Source: Candidatus Bipolaricaulota bacterium
Lineage (GTDB): Bacteria > Bipolaricaulota > Bipolaricaulia > UBA7950 > UBA9294
Length of the DNA stretch: 64,000 bases
Direction of reading: 5' to 3'
NCBI GenBank assembly: GCA_041302525.1
Contig: JBFYQX010000005.1
Span: 8,213-72,212 of the forward strand
Part shown: positions 48,661 to 59,086 of the stretch, piece by piece
Position numbering within the stretch: position 1 is the stretch's first letter
Layout: every line of letters begins with the position of its first letter
The notes under the pieces: model-generated
Database searches by the model: none
What the model was told of the DNA's origin: nothing
Seen by the model: the letters and a program-made list of their open reading frames with translations, nothing else
Made by a program: the position numbers and the translations under genes

Positions 48661-50046
48661 ATGGCACAGCAGCACCACGGCATGACGAGAGGGGACTGGC
48701 TCCGGCTCGGCTCCATGCTGGCCATCGTTGTCGCAGCGGCCGTGCTGATCACCGTGCCGCAGCGGCCGGTGAAGGACATCGTCAAGCTCGGCCTCGACTT
48801 GCAGGGTGGCGTGCGGCTCGTCCTCGAGGGCGAAGGCGTGGCTGCGATGTCCGGCGAGCAGCAGACCGAGACGATGAACCGGGCGATCGAGATTCTGAAG
48901 AACCGCGTGGACTCGTACGGGTTGGCCAATGCCGAGATCCGTCGCTACGGCGTGGATCGGATCCTCGTCAACGTGCCCGGCGCGACGGACCCCGAAGAAG
49001 CCCGGCGGTTGATTGGCCAGACGGCCGTTCTTGAGTTCCATCGCGTCGTTCAGGTTGGGACAAGCGCCGCCGACGACCTCGTGCCATCGTCCAGCACTCA
49101 GGAGGTCCTGTATACCAAGGCTGGCGTGCCGGTCATCGTCGACCGCGAGGTGTTGCTGACCGGCGCGGCTCTGTCGAACGCGGTTGCCCGCACGTCGACG
49201 GAGTCCACGTCCCTCGGCAAGTCGATCGTCTCCCTCACCTTCAATCGCGAGGGCGCCGAGCAGTTCGCTCGCGTCGTGCGCGATCTCGGATCCGGCCAGC
49301 TTCTGGCCATCGTGCTCGACGACGTCGTGCAGAGCCACCCGGTGCTCGAGGAGAGCGTTGTGGCGGCCGCGCGCGAGGGCTGGCAGCGCGTGCAGGAGAC
49401 GACCACCATTTCTGGCGCGAACATGACGACGAAGGAGGCCAGAACGCTGGCGGCCGTGCTGCGCGCCGGCGCGCTCCCGGTCTCCGTTCGCGTCGTTGAA
49501 GAGACCAGCATCGGCCCGTCGCTGGGAAGCGACTCGATCCGCCGCGGGATGATGTCGATGGCGATCGGCTTCTGTCTGATCCTTATCTACATGCTCATTC
49601 TGTACCGCCGACTGGGTCTCGTCGCGGTGGTCGCGCTCCTCATCAACATGCTGATCGTCGTGGGCAGTCTCATCGCCTTGGGCGCAGTCCTCACGATGGC
49701 TGGCATCGCCGGCGTGGTGCTGACGATCGGAATGGCCATCGACTCGAACATCATCATCTTCGAGCGCATCAAGGAGGAGAAGCGAGCCGGCAAGCCGTCG
49801 CTCGCCGCGGTGCGCGCGGGCTACGAGCGGTCGCTGCCCGTGATCGCCGACACGAACGCCGTGACGTTCGTGACCGCGCTGATCCTGCTGCTTGTCGGGT
49901 CCGGCCCGTTCATCGGATTCGCCATCACGCTCGCACTGGGCATTGCCGCCACGGTCTACTGCGCGCTCATCCCGAGCCGACTCCTCCTGGAGAGGGCGGG
50001 GTTCTGGCGGTACGTCCCGGGGCCGAGGGCCGCGGCGAAGACGTAA
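48661..50046 (+). CDS. secD: protein translocase subunit SecD
   Basis: LGLDLQGGVRL SecD periplasmic-domain motif and a C-terminal 6-TM SecDF domain. No secF follows it. Confidence 0.85.
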   Translation: MAQQHHGMTRGDWLRLGSMLAIVVAAAVLITVPQRPVKDIVKLGLDLQGGVRLVLEGEGVAAMSGEQQTETMNRAIEILKNRVDSYGLANAEIRRYGVDRILVNVPGATDPEEARRLIGQTAVLEFHRVVQVGTSAADDLVPSSSTQEVLYTKAGVPVIVDREVLLTGAALSNAVARTSTESTSLGKSIVSLTFNREGAEQFARVVRDLGSGQLLAIVLDDVVQSHPVLEESVVAAAREGWQRVQETTTISGANMTTKEARTLAAVLRAGALPVSVRVVEETSIGPSLGSDSIRRGMMSMAIGFCLILIYMLILYRRLGLVAVVALLINMLIVVGSLIALGAVLTMAGIAGVVLTIGMAIDSNIIIFERIKEEKRAGKPSLAAVRAGYERSLPVIADTNAVTFVTALILLLVGSGPFIGFAITLALGIAATVYCALIPSRLLLERAGFWRYVPGPRAAAKT

Positions 50047-50974
50047 GCGAGAAGACCAACTCAAGCAGGGCATCGCCTGCGGACCGGCCGCCGCCCTTGG
50101 TCGAGGCGTCTAGGTGGACGCCGAGGCTCAGGGCGGCGGCCGCTTCCTCGAGCGTGAACCGCTTGGCCTGGGCCATGACGCGACGCAGGAGCCAACTGGG
50201 CATCGACACCAGGTTCTCCATCGCTCCTGCGGACACCCCTCGCTCTAGCAACGCGCGGACGACGGCGACGCGGACGAGATGTCGAACCGCGCCGGACAGG
50301 ATCCGTCCAGCGTCTTCGCGCACGTCTGCAAGACTCCGGAGGGCCCCCGCGAGGTCGCGTTCGCCCAGCCGGTCGTAGAACGGGTAGACGGTGGCCTCCG
50401 TGCCGGGGAAAGCGAGCGAAGCCACCGCGTCGGGCGTGAGGGGCGCGCCGCGGCTGAACGCGCGCAGCTTCTGCGCTTCCGAGGCCAGGGCGAGGAGATC
50501 CCCGCCCACCCGGGTGACAAGGTCCTCGACGGCGGCGCCCGACGGTCGCAGTCCGTGCTCGCCCAGGATGGCGCGAGCCGACTGCGCGGCGGACCGGGCC
50601 GGCGGCGCGGGGAGCGAGACTGTGTTGCCGCGCGCGGCGCAGGCCGCGACCAACGGGTGCGTCGACTTCAAGTCCGCGCCACCGAGCAACGTCAGGTAGG
50701 TCCCCTGGGGCAGCGTCTTCGATGCGAGGTCCACCCATGGCTTGGGCTTGCGCGCCCGCTCAACGCCGCGCACGACGAAGTGGCGCCCGAGGGCGAACAG
50801 AGGCGCCGATTGGAGTTCCATGTCGAAGCTTGCGACGTCCACCTCGTCGGCGAAGCGCGCCTCGCGCTCGAGATCCTTCTCCTGGTCGCGCAGCGCTCGC
50901 TCGCGCTCGACGAGCGCCCGGTCGCATCGGTAGGGATCTCCGTAGAAGAGCATGATCGGCGCTGCGTTGTCCAT
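49967..50974 (-). CDS. holA: DNA polymerase III delta subunit
   Basis: HolA-like N-terminal pattern (IMLFYGDPY...). ATG at 50974. Its 3' end overlaps the secD 3' end by 80 nt. Confidence 0.7.
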   Translation of the reverse strand: MDNAAPIMLFYGDPYRCDRALVERERALRDQEKDLEREARFADEVDVASFDMELQSAPLFALGRHFVVRGVERARKPKPWVDLASKTLPQGTYLTLLGGADLKSTHPLVAACAARGNTVSLPAPPARSAAQSARAILGEHGLRPSGAAVEDLVTRVGGDLLALASEAQKLRAFSRGAPLTPDAVASLAFPGTEATVYPFYDRLGERDLAGALRSLADVREDAGRILSGAVRHLVRVAVVRALLERGVSAGAMENLVSMPSWLLRRVMAQAKRFTLEEAAAALSLGVHLDASTKGGGRSAGDALLELVFSLTSSPRPSAPGRTARTPPSPGGVGSG

Positions 50975-51057
50975 GGCGCGATGGTAGTGATGCGCCCCCG
51001 GCGGGGCAACGCGGAGGCCGGTCGACGCGGCGTGCGGAATCGAGTACACCTGTCGCC

Positions 51058-51510
51058 ATGGCGAAGGTCACGATCCACACGGACGGCGCGTGCAGCGGGA
51101 ACCCGGGTCCCGGCGGGTGGGCGGCCGTCCTCACCGCCGGGGAACGCCGCAAAGAGATCTCGGGCGGCGAGCCGGCCACGACGAACAACCGCATGGAGCT
51201 CCTGGCGGCGATCCGCGCCCTTGAGGCGCTGCGCGAGCCGGCCGACGTGGACCTCTACACCGACTCGACCTATCTTCGTTCGGGGATCACCGAGTGGATC
51301 GTCGCCTGGAAAGCGAACGGCTGGCGGCGTCGGGTGGGCAAGCGCTGGGCGCCGGTGAAGAACGAGGACCTGTGGCGCGAGCTCGACCAGCTGGTGTCGC
51401 GACATAAGGTGCGCTTCCACTGGACCGAGGGGCACGCGGGGAACCCCGACAACGAGCGAGCCGATGCCTTGGCACGGGCCGCGATCCCTGCGCCTGGGAC
51501 TCCATCCTGA
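51058..51510 (+). CDS. rnhA: ribonuclease HI
   Basis: [16 protein letters not shown], ...TNNRMEL and ...[11 protein letters not shown] catalytic motifs. Confidence 0.9.
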   Translation: MAKVTIHTDGACSGNPGPGGWAAVLTAGERRKEISGGEPATTNNRMELLAAIRALEALREPADVDLYTDSTYLRSGITEWIVAWKANGWRRRVGKRWAPVKNEDLWRELDQLVSRHKVRFHWTEGHAGNPDNERADALARAAIPAPGTPS

Positions 51511-51671
51511 GACTGCGCTTCTCCGGCCCACTCGGGCGCCGCGCAGAGCGGCGGCCGAGCTCTCCTCGCCCTCATGCCGCAGGCGAGAGTCCGCCCTGAC
51601 GTTGCCTCTCGCGGCCTGGGTCCGTACGCTCGCGCGGCTGCGTTGGTGTCGGCCGCGGGAAGGTGGTCGCC

Positions 51672-52922
51672 GTGAGTCTGGACAGCGTTCGGGCGTTCCT
51701 GGAGAGCGAACTGGGCTACATCGTCCTCCTCTTCGTCTTGTTCGTCATTCCGCGCATCCTGCAGCGATGGCGCATCCCGTCAGCGATCACGGCCTTTGCA
51801 GTTGGCGTGATCTGCTCAATGGGACTCGGGGCGTTCTCCAACGACGCGACCGTCCACCTCTTGGCGACATTCGGGATCGTCGGCCTCTTCTTGTTTGCCG
51901 GCCTGGACGTCGATGTGTCGCTCCTGCGGCGCGAGGCCCGCGTCGTGTCCCAGCACCTCGCCCTGCGGCTCGTGCTTCTCGCCGGCGCCACGCTGGCCGT
52001 GATGCACGGGCTGGGACTCGACGTGCGGGCGTCGGTCATCGTGGCCCTCGCCCTGCTGACGCCCTCCACCGGGTTCATCCTCGATTCTCTCGACCGGTTC
52101 GGTTTGACCGGAGACGAGCGACGCGCCGTGAAGAGCAAGGCGATTGCCACCGAAGTGCTGGCTCTTGCAGTGCTTTTTCTCGTGCTGCAATCGATGAGCC
52201 CGCTTCGGCTCCTCGCGGCGACCGCGGCGCTTGCGGCCATGATCCTTCTGCTGCCGGTGGTGTTCCGCCTGTTTGCCGAGAAGATCGCGCCGCACGCTCC
52301 GAAGTCCGAGTTTGCCTTTCTCCTGATGATGGCGGTTCTGGCGGCCTACGCGACACGCCAGCTCGGCGTCTACTACCTTGTGGGCGCCTTCCTGGTCGGG
52401 ATCCTGGCTCGCCGCTTTCGCGAGTCGCTTCCTGCCCTGGCCTCGGAGCGCATGTTGCACGCTGTCGAGGTCTTCGCTTCCTTCTTCGCCCCGTTCTACT
52501 TCTTCTCCGCCGGCGCTGCGCTTCGTCCCACCGACTTCTCGCTGGGCGGTCTTGGTCTCGGTCTCCTGTTTCTTGTTGCGGCAGTTCCCATAGCGGCCGT
52601 TGTCGTCATCCTGCACCGGCGTCGCGCGTTGGGAGAGCCTTTCTCGCAGAGTCTGCGCGTGGCCGCGCCGATGGTGCCGACGCTCGTCTTCACACTGGTT
52701 CTCGCCAGCATCCTGCGCGAGACGTTCAGTGTGCCGAGCTACGTCGTGGGTGGTCTTGTCGTGTACACGGTGCTCAACTCGCTTGTGCCGAGTCTCGCCT
52801 TCGGCGCGTTCGCCTTTGCTCTGGATGCCCCCGGGCTCTCAACGGAGGGCTCTCCGACCCCGGCCCCAGCCGGCAAGATTCCGCCCGCGTCGGCTTCGGA
52901 CGGGACGGACCCACTGTCCTGA
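51672..52922 (+). CDS. cation:proton antiporter (CPA/Na+-H+ exchanger family) membrane protein
   Basis: About 12 TM helices with a CPA-type pattern. I chose GTG at 51672 on RBS spacing; the track start at 51663 lies directly on the GGGAAGG. Confidence 0.75.
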   Translation: MSLDSVRAFLESELGYIVLLFVLFVIPRILQRWRIPSAITAFAVGVICSMGLGAFSNDATVHLLATFGIVGLFLFAGLDVDVSLLRREARVVSQHLALRLVLLAGATLAVMHGLGLDVRASVIVALALLTPSTGFILDSLDRFGLTGDERRAVKSKAIATEVLALAVLFLVLQSMSPLRLLAATAALAAMILLLPVVFRLFAEKIAPHAPKSEFAFLLMMAVLAAYATRQLGVYYLVGAFLVGILARRFRESLPALASERMLHAVEVFASFFAPFYFFSAGAALRPTDFSLGGLGLGLLFLVAAVPIAAVVVILHRRRALGEPFSQSLRVAAPMVPTLVFTLVLASILRETFSVPSYVVGGLVVYTVLNSLVPSLAFGAFAFALDAPGLSTEGSPTPAPAGKIPPASASDGTDPLS

Positions 52923-52944
52923 GCTGCTCGGCTTCGCCGAGCGG

Positions 52945-54462
52945 CTAACGCCGCCGGGCAATGAACGAACGGAGGAAGATGAGGACAGGAATGATCTCCA
53001 GGCGCCCAGCCCACATGTTGAACGCAAGGGCGAGCTTGCCTGCGAGAGGAAGGTCGGGACTTGAGATGCCCGCAGACAGGCCGGCATTGCTCTGAGCGCT
53101 TGTCACCTCAAGGATGACGTCGGCCAGCGTGTAGGGCGGCGGGACCGTGTGCAGCAGGACGAGGATGCCGACCCCGAGAAGGGTCGCCCAGAGGAAGAAG
53201 ATGAGCGCCGCGTCCTCGAGGCGAGTGCCCGCCTCCCGTTCGTCGAGGGCTGTCTTGCCGACCCGGAAGGGCACGATGGCTTGGCGAGGAGCCAGGATCT
53301 GGCGGAATCGCCACTGGACTCCCTTGAGGAGAACGACCAGGCGCAAGATCTTGACTCCGCCGGCCGTTGATCCTGCGGCGCCTCCGACGAACATGCCGAG
53401 CGCAAGAATGAGTTTCGCTGTGTCTGTCCATTGCCGAAGGTCTGCGGTTTGGAACCCTGTCGTCGTGGCCGCGGAGAGGAAGTGAAACGAGGACTCACGC
53501 AGCGCGGCGAGGCCTCCGACCGATGCGAGGTTCTCGAGCGTGAGCAGGGCGGCGCCGGCGGCCACGAAGACAAGGAACGCGCGAGTCTGGTAGTCCGCGA
53601 AGAAGCGGCGCCAACCCTTGCCGAGCGTTTCGTAGTGGACCGAGAAGCTGATCGCGCCCGCGAGCATCGTCCCCATCAAGACAACCATGGCTCCCACGTT
53701 CGGGTACAAGGGAGCTCCCGGCGCGGTGATCGAGAACCCGCCTGTTGCCATGGCGGTCATTGCGTGGTTCGCCGCCTCCCAGATCGGCGTACCGAGCCGC
53801 CACTGCAGGGCCATGCTCACGGCCGTGAACAAGAAGAAGATCCACCACATCGTCCGAACGGTTGCGCGGATCGTCGGTCGGATCCTCTCCGCTCGGGCCT
53901 CGGCGTAGTACATGCTGTAGAGCGTGGCACCGGGCCTCGGGCCGGAGAGGACGGACAGCATAACGACAAGGACGCCCAGTCCCCCGATCCACTCGGACAG
54001 GCTTCGCCACCACTGCAGGGTGTGAGGCAAGAGGTCCGGGCGCGACACGACGCTCAGGCCCGTGGACGTGAACCCGGAGACGGATTCGAAGAACGCGTTG
54101 GCCGGATCACTGAACACCCACACGGCCATTGGAGCACTCTGCGCAGCGCCGGCGAACGCTTGGGTGAGCACGAAGGGAAGAGCCCCAAACGTAGGGACGA
54201 GGATCCAGCCGATAGCCGCCGTGACCATCGCGTGGCGCAGCTCGGGCTCGGGGGCGCGGCGCAGCGGGAAGTACAGGCCTGCGCCTGCCAGGGCGGAGAC
54301 TGCCGCGGTGATCACGAGTGGCGCGATGGCGTACGTCTCTCCGAACGTCAGCGGGACAAAGAGGGACACGATGGCCATGGCGGAGACGACCGGAAGGAGC
54401 CTTCCTACGTCGCGCAGGATGATCGCGAAGTCCCCCTGAAACCCAGACGGACGCGGTCTCAT
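52945..54462 (-). CDS. trkH: TrkH/KtrB-family potassium uptake membrane subunit
   Basis: Four selectivity-filter-like Gly motifs (STGLS, ATGGFS, TTGFQT, SNAGLS). Confidence 0.9.
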   Translation of the reverse strand: MRPRPSGFQGDFAIILRDVGRLLPVVSAMAIVSLFVPLTFGETYAIAPLVITAAVSALAGAGLYFPLRRAPEPELRHAMVTAAIGWILVPTFGALPFVLTQAFAGAAQSAPMAVWVFSDPANAFFESVSGFTSTGLSVVSRPDLLPHTLQWWRSLSEWIGGLGVLVVMLSVLSGPRPGATLYSMYYAEARAERIRPTIRATVRTMWWIFFLFTAVSMALQWRLGTPIWEAANHAMTAMATGGFSITAPGAPLYPNVGAMVVLMGTMLAGAISFSVHYETLGKGWRRFFADYQTRAFLVFVAAGAALLTLENLASVGGLAALRESSFHFLSAATTTGFQTADLRQWTDTAKLILALGMFVGGAAGSTAGGVKILRLVVLLKGVQWRFRQILAPRQAIVPFRVGKTALDEREAGTRLEDAALIFFLWATLLGVGILVLLHTVPPPYTLADVILEVTSAQSNAGLSAGISSPDLPLAGKLALAFNMWAGRLEIIPVLIFLRSFIARRR

Positions 54463-55121
54463 CCGATCAGCTTCGCCATGAGCGCGTCCTGGACTCGCTC
54501 GAGCGAGAAGAACGTGACGACGTCGCCGGCGCGCAGCGTCGTGTCCTCCTCCACCAGCGACTGTGTGCCCCCGCGCAGGAAGGCGACGATCCGTAGGGTC
54601 TCGGGAAATCTCTCGTCTCGCATCGCTTGGCCAACGGCGCGGCCGGCGAGCGGGGAGCGGGTCCGAAGCTCGAGTCGAAAGATCTGCGCCCCACCCGGCA
54701 GATCGTACAGGTCATGAACCTGCGGCCGTCGCGCGGCGTTGTACAGGTGCGCCGCCACGACCTCTTCAGGATTCTGGAGAACGTTCGCCTTCAGGCGGCG
54801 GAAGAACTCGGCGTGGCCCTTCTCGTTGACGACGGACACCACGGACGGCACGCCCAGCTCCACGGCGATGGAGACCACCATGAGGTTCACGGCATCGTCG
54901 CTCGTCGTCACGACAATGGCGTCTGCCGTCTCCGCGCCGGCCTCGACCAAGGTGTCGCCGACGGTGGCGTCCGCCTCGAGCACTGTGACGTCGTACTCGC
55001 GGCTGACCTCTCTCGCGCGCTCCGGATCGGACTCGATGACGATGACCTCGTCTCGCTCCGCCACGGCGACGGCAATGACGCAAGAGCCTATCGTTCCGGC
55101 ACCGACAATGATCGTGCGCAT
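54459..55121 (-). CDS. trkA: TrkA/KtrA-type K+ uptake regulatory subunit (RCK N+C domains)
   Basis: Rossmann motif GAGTIGS and a TrkA-C domain. Its stop overlaps the trkH start. RBS GGGGGAG. Confidence 0.85.
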   Translation of the reverse strand: MRTIIVGAGTIGSCVIAVAVAERDEVIVIESDPERAREVSREYDVTVLEADATVGDTLVEAGAETADAIVVTTSDDAVNLMVVSIAVELGVPSVVSVVNEKGHAEFFRRLKANVLQNPEEVVAAHLYNAARRPQVHDLYDLPGGAQIFRLELRTRSPLAGRAVGQAMRDERFPETLRIVAFLRGGTQSLVEEDTTLRAGDVVTFFSLERVQDALMAKLIG

Positions 55122-55228
55122 CCGGGTCTCCCCCTTGACTGCGGCGCATCCTAGCGCGCGTCAGGGGTGCGGTCAACCGCGATCAGTTCTTGATCGTGAC
55201 GCTCGGTGCCTGGCGATCCGCAGCCGGA

Positions 55229-56230
55229 TCAGGAGTCCTCGACCATGTACAGCTCGTTGGCGCAGACAAACCGGCTGAGGAACGAGCCGCAGGTCCACCA
55301 CTGCGACGCGTGCGCGCGCAGGGCGCGGTACTTGGCCTCGACCAGTTCTGCAGTGAGCGGCATGGAGTACCACGTTCCCAAGCTGACGAAAGCCTCCAGC
55401 GGCTCCATGGGCAAGACATCGCGGACCCTCGACGGCGTTGGCCACACGCCGGCGTACGAGTGCACGAGGTAGGAGCGCAGGGAGGGAGACTCAGGCGCGT
55501 CGGGGGACGAGGACCACGCGCGCACGGCCTGGCGAACGAACGTGTGCGCAGCGCGGTGATCCTCGTGGGCGTCGAGCGGATGAGGCAAGTAGACAATGGT
55601 CGGACGGAACCCCTCGAGGATGGTGACAAGGTCTTCGAGCACGGCGTCACCGCAGTACGGCGCTCCCGGACGAAACGCGACGCTCGAGTACTTGGCCGAC
55701 CGCCCGGTATACGGGCTGCGATACGGTGCGTCCGCGGACCGGTGCGCGTTGAGGAGCGCGGCGAGCCCGCGGTCGGGGTAGTTGAGGAACACGGTGCTCG
55801 CGGGCGGCACGCCGAGACGGCCGAGCGCGACCGTCGCCTCTTTCTGGCGGCGCGCGCCGATGGCCCGGAACTCCGCCGCGAAGAGGAACGGATTCATCGT
55901 GACGAGCCACTGGCCGGCAACGTTGGCGTCGCCGCTCGTCATGAAGACGACGAGCACGGGCACACCTCGCTCGCGGAAGGCGGCGATCGAACTGCCGACG
56001 CCGAGGATGTCATCGTCGGGATGAGGAGCCACGACCAGGACGCGGTCCCCGTCCTGTCTCTCCTCCGGGATCGTGCTGGGCAGGAGCTCGATGAACCAGA
56101 GCGGTGGGCTCTGCAAGAACAGGTAGACGGCGGCGACAAACATCAAGGCAGCCAGGGTCCAGGGGCGACAGGCGATGCGCCCGGCCTGGGTCCCGATCGA
56201 TCGCACGACGGCGAACCCTTGTCGGATCAT
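55229..56230 (-). CDS. PIG-L/LmbE-family N-acetylglucosaminyl deacetylase with N-terminal TM segment
   Basis: Motifs VVAPHPDDDILGVGSS, HPLDAHEDH. ATG at 56230. Confidence 0.8.
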   Translation of the reverse strand: MIRQGFAVVRSIGTQAGRIACRPWTLAALMFVAAVYLFLQSPPLWFIELLPSTIPEERQDGDRVLVVAPHPDDDILGVGSSIAAFRERGVPVLVVFMTSGDANVAGQWLVTMNPFLFAAEFRAIGARRQKEATVALGRLGVPPASTVFLNYPDRGLAALLNAHRSADAPYRSPYTGRSAKYSSVAFRPGAPYCGDAVLEDLVTILEGFRPTIVYLPHPLDAHEDHRAAHTFVRQAVRAWSSSPDAPESPSLRSYLVHSYAGVWPTPSRVRDVLPMEPLEAFVSLGTWYSMPLTAELVEAKYRALRAHASQWWTCGSFLSRFVCANELYMVEDS

Positions 56231-56345
56231 CGTGAGCCGATGGTAGCGTGAGACTTGGGTCTCGTTGTGGGGCGTTTGTGAAGAGCGCACGGCGATGGGT
56301 GCCCGGCACGCGGATCCTTCCCCGGTCCTGCGTCGGCTGCCGCAC

Positions 56346-56732
56346 CTAGCGGAAGCAGCCGAGCTGACAGCGCGAGACCTTGAGGCCAAGCGCCTCTGCA
56401 ACCGAGCCGACGACGAGCCGAGGCAGACCGCGCGCGTCGGCGATCTGCCACGCTGCGGCGCACGGCAGGCCGTCGTCGTCGACGGCGTCGCGCACGGCGG
56501 CCGCGAGATCAGGAGGCACGCTCGCCACACGGTGCGAGAGCCGCTTGGCTCCGAACGGCTCGTAGCCGAAGAGCCCCAGCTGGCAGGCCGATACCCGAAT
56601 CCCCAGAGCGTCCGCGAGTTCCCGCACGGTCTGTGGTCCCACCTTGCACTCGGTGGCGATCCCCATCGCGCGGGCGCAGGGCAGGGTGCCGGCCGGTGTC
56701 GCGTCGCGCAGGGCTCGCTCGATCTCGTGCAT
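56346..56732 (-). CDS. hypothetical protein with an internal tandem duplication of a ~40-aa Cys-containing module
   Basis: Module A (LPCARAMGIATECKVGPQTVRELADALGIRVSACQLGLF) aligns to module B (LPCAAAWQIADARGLPRLVVGSVAEALGLKVSRCQLGCF). I preferred the ATG at 56732 because of a GAGGTG RBS; alternative starts lie at 56762 and 56753. Confidence 0.5.
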   Translation of the reverse strand: MHEIERALRDATPAGTLPCARAMGIATECKVGPQTVRELADALGIRVSACQLGLFGYEPFGAKRLSHRVASVPPDLAAAVRDAVDDDGLPCAAAWQIADARGLPRLVVGSVAEALGLKVSRCQLGCFR

Positions 56733-56839
56733 TCCTGTCACCTCAACGAGCATTGTCCCCATCGCCTGCGCGGTCGCCAAGCCGCGCGGGACCGGCCGCC
56801 GGGCGTGGCGTACCCTTGGCCGCAACGGGGAGGGGACAC

Positions 56840-58033
56840 ATGCTGTGGATCGGGTTCGCGTTGGCCGTCCTGCTTCTCTTGGTGCTGTCGCGCCGCGGGC
56901 TCGCGCTTGCGCTTGCGTCCGCGGCGGCTGCGCTTGCCGCCTTCACACTCGCTCCCGCCGAGATCGGCGCGGCGTTATGGCACACGGTCGCGGACCCCTC
57001 GGTCCTGCTCCTGGCCCTCGTCGTCTCTCTGATCCCGGTGCTCGGGGCGGCGATGGAGATCTCTGGCCAGATGGGCCGACTCGTGGACAATCTGCGCGTT
57101 GGCGTTCGCTCGTTTCTGGTCTTGGCGCCAGGTCTTCTCGGCATGTTGCCGATGCCCGGGGGCGCGCTGTTGTCGGCGCCGCTTGTGGAACGGCGTGCCG
57201 GCCACGTCCCTGCCGACATGAAGGCCGCGGCCAACGTCTGGTTCCGCCACGTTCTCTTGCTTGTCTACCCCCTGGGGTCGTCGTTACTGGCCTCGGCGAA
57301 GGTCGCCGGACTTGACGTGTATGCGGCGATCCCCTTCTTGAGCCTGCCGTTTGTCGTCGCGCTCGCCCTCGGTGTGGCCTTTCTCTTGCGCCACGTTGGC
57401 CCGACGCCGCGCGGGGACCTCGCTACGCGTCAGCCTTTCTCGCTCCGAGGCCTGCTGGGCCCGCTCGCCCTCTTGCTTGTCGCTCCGGCGGTCGACCTCA
57501 TGTTGACAGTCGTCCTACGGCCCACGCCGCGCGAGATCGCCACGGTGGCCGGCGTGGCCACGAGCCTTGGTCTGTCGATGGTCTGCGGCCACGTGCGCCC
57601 GCGGCGTCTCGTCGCCGCCGCGAGCAAGGCGCGGCCGTGGGCGTACGCCGCGATCATCCTGGCGATGTTCGTCTTCCTCAACGTCTTCGCGGTGTCTGGT
57701 GTTCCCCAGGCGCTGGCGGGTCTTCGGCTCTCGCCGCTCGCCTTGTGCGTCGGCGCCGGCGCGGCGCTCGGGTTTGTGACCGGCCGCATCGAAGCGCCGC
57801 TTGCCATCGTCCTGCCGATCTACGCGTCGTCCTACGGACAGATCTCGCTTCCCGGCTTTGCCGTCGCCTACTGTGCGGCGTTCCTCGGGTACATCGCGAC
57901 GCCCGTTCACCCGTGCGTCAGCGTCTCGGTCGCGTACTTCCACACGTCGATCGGCGCGCTGGGACGCCGGCTCGCCTGGCCGGCGGCCGTCGGCGTCGCC
58001 CTGACGCTAATCGCTGGCGCTGTCTTGCTGTGA
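56840..58033 (+). CDS. DUF401-family integral membrane protein, 397 aa
   Basis: About 10-11 TM helices matching the DUF401/TIGR00529-like profile (recalled). RBS GGGAGGGG. Confidence 0.7.
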   Translation: MLWIGFALAVLLLLVLSRRGLALALASAAAALAAFTLAPAEIGAALWHTVADPSVLLLALVVSLIPVLGAAMEISGQMGRLVDNLRVGVRSFLVLAPGLLGMLPMPGGALLSAPLVERRAGHVPADMKAAANVWFRHVLLLVYPLGSSLLASAKVAGLDVYAAIPFLSLPFVVALALGVAFLLRHVGPTPRGDLATRQPFSLRGLLGPLALLLVAPAVDLMLTVVLRPTPREIATVAGVATSLGLSMVCGHVRPRRLVAAASKARPWAYAAIILAMFVFLNVFAVSGVPQALAGLRLSPLALCVGAGAALGFVTGRIEAPLAIVLPIYASSYGQISLPGFAVAYCAAFLGYIATPVHPCVSVSVAYFHTSIGALGRRLAWPAAVGVALTLIAGAVLL

Positions 58034-59086
58034 GGAGTCCGCGTTGCGCACGTAGATGGTGCGCGTCGGGTAGGCGAAGCGGATGCTACGCGCCTCGAAA
58101 GCCCGCAGGATGCCGAGGTTGATCGCCTGCTGGTCGTTCATGTACTCCGCGTAGCCCGCCGTCAGCACGAAGTAGACGGTCTCGTACAGGAGCCCCGAGT
58201 CGCCGAATGACTTGAGGTGGCAGCGGTCGAAGCGAACGCCCGGCACGCTCTCGATCAGCGCCTTCACCAGCGCGGGCACTTCCTCGAGCAAGGCCGTCGG
58301 CGTGTTGTAGGCCAACGCGAAGGTGAAGGCGATCCGGCGCTCGGTCATCCGCTGGTAGTTGCGCAGCCGGCTGTCGAGAAGGTCGCCGTTCGAGAAGATC
58401 AGTTGCTCGCCGGAGAGGCTGCGCACGCGCGTTGTCTTCAGGCCGATGCGTTCCACCGTGCCCCACATATCGGCCACGGCGATGAAGTCACCGATGACAA
58501 ACGGCTTGTCGACGATGATCGACAGCGAGGCGAAGACGTCCTTGAACACGCTTTGTACGCCGAGGGCGACCGCGATGCCCGCGATGCCCAATCCCGCGAC
58601 GAGGCCCGTGATGTCGACGGCCATGTTGTCGAGCGCGACGAGCAGGATGAGCAGCCACAGGACCAGTTTGGCGAGGAAGCCCAACGCGGCGAGGGACGTC
58701 GCTGTGGCGGCACTCTCGCCGAGGCGACGCTTCAGGATGCGCGTGAGCCAGAACCCCACGAGGCCGTTGCTCCAGAACCCGGCCTGGATGAGGAGGGCGA
58801 TCACAAACGCCGTGTGCAGACCCTCGGACGCGCCTGCCGGCAGTGCCAGGAAGCGGGACCCAGCGTAGGCCGAGATGATGAACACGAGGAAGAAACGCGT
58901 CTTGTGGAGGAGCGCGACGAGCAGGTCGTCCAGTTGTCCAGTCGTCCGCTCGGCGATCTTGCGCAGGTGCCGGATGGTGACGCGGATCGCGATCTGGAGC
59001 GCGGCCCAGGTGAACAGAATGACTCCGACGGCAGCGAGCCAGCGCCAGACGGGGTTCCCATAGAAGGGGGTCTGCAGAAACTCCAC
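58007..59086 (-). CDS. mechanosensitive ion channel (MscS family)
   Basis: TM3 pore-helix motif (LAGLGIAGIAVALGVQS) and an MscS beta-domain (GDFIAV...GTVERIGLKTTRVR). GTG at 59086 follows AAGGAG. Confidence 0.85.
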   Translation of the reverse strand: MEFLQTPFYGNPVWRWLAAVGVILFTWAALQIAIRVTIRHLRKIAERTTGQLDDLLVALLHKTRFFLVFIISAYAGSRFLALPAGASEGLHTAFVIALLIQAGFWSNGLVGFWLTRILKRRLGESAATATSLAALGFLAKLVLWLLILLVALDNMAVDITGLVAGLGIAGIAVALGVQSVFKDVFASLSIIVDKPFVIGDFIAVADMWGTVERIGLKTTRVRSLSGEQLIFSNGDLLDSRLRNYQRMTERRIAFTFALAYNTPTALLEEVPALVKALIESVPGVRFDRCHLKSFGDSGLLYETVYFVLTAGYAEYMNDQQAINLGILRAFEARSIRFAYPTRTIYVRNADSSQQDSASD

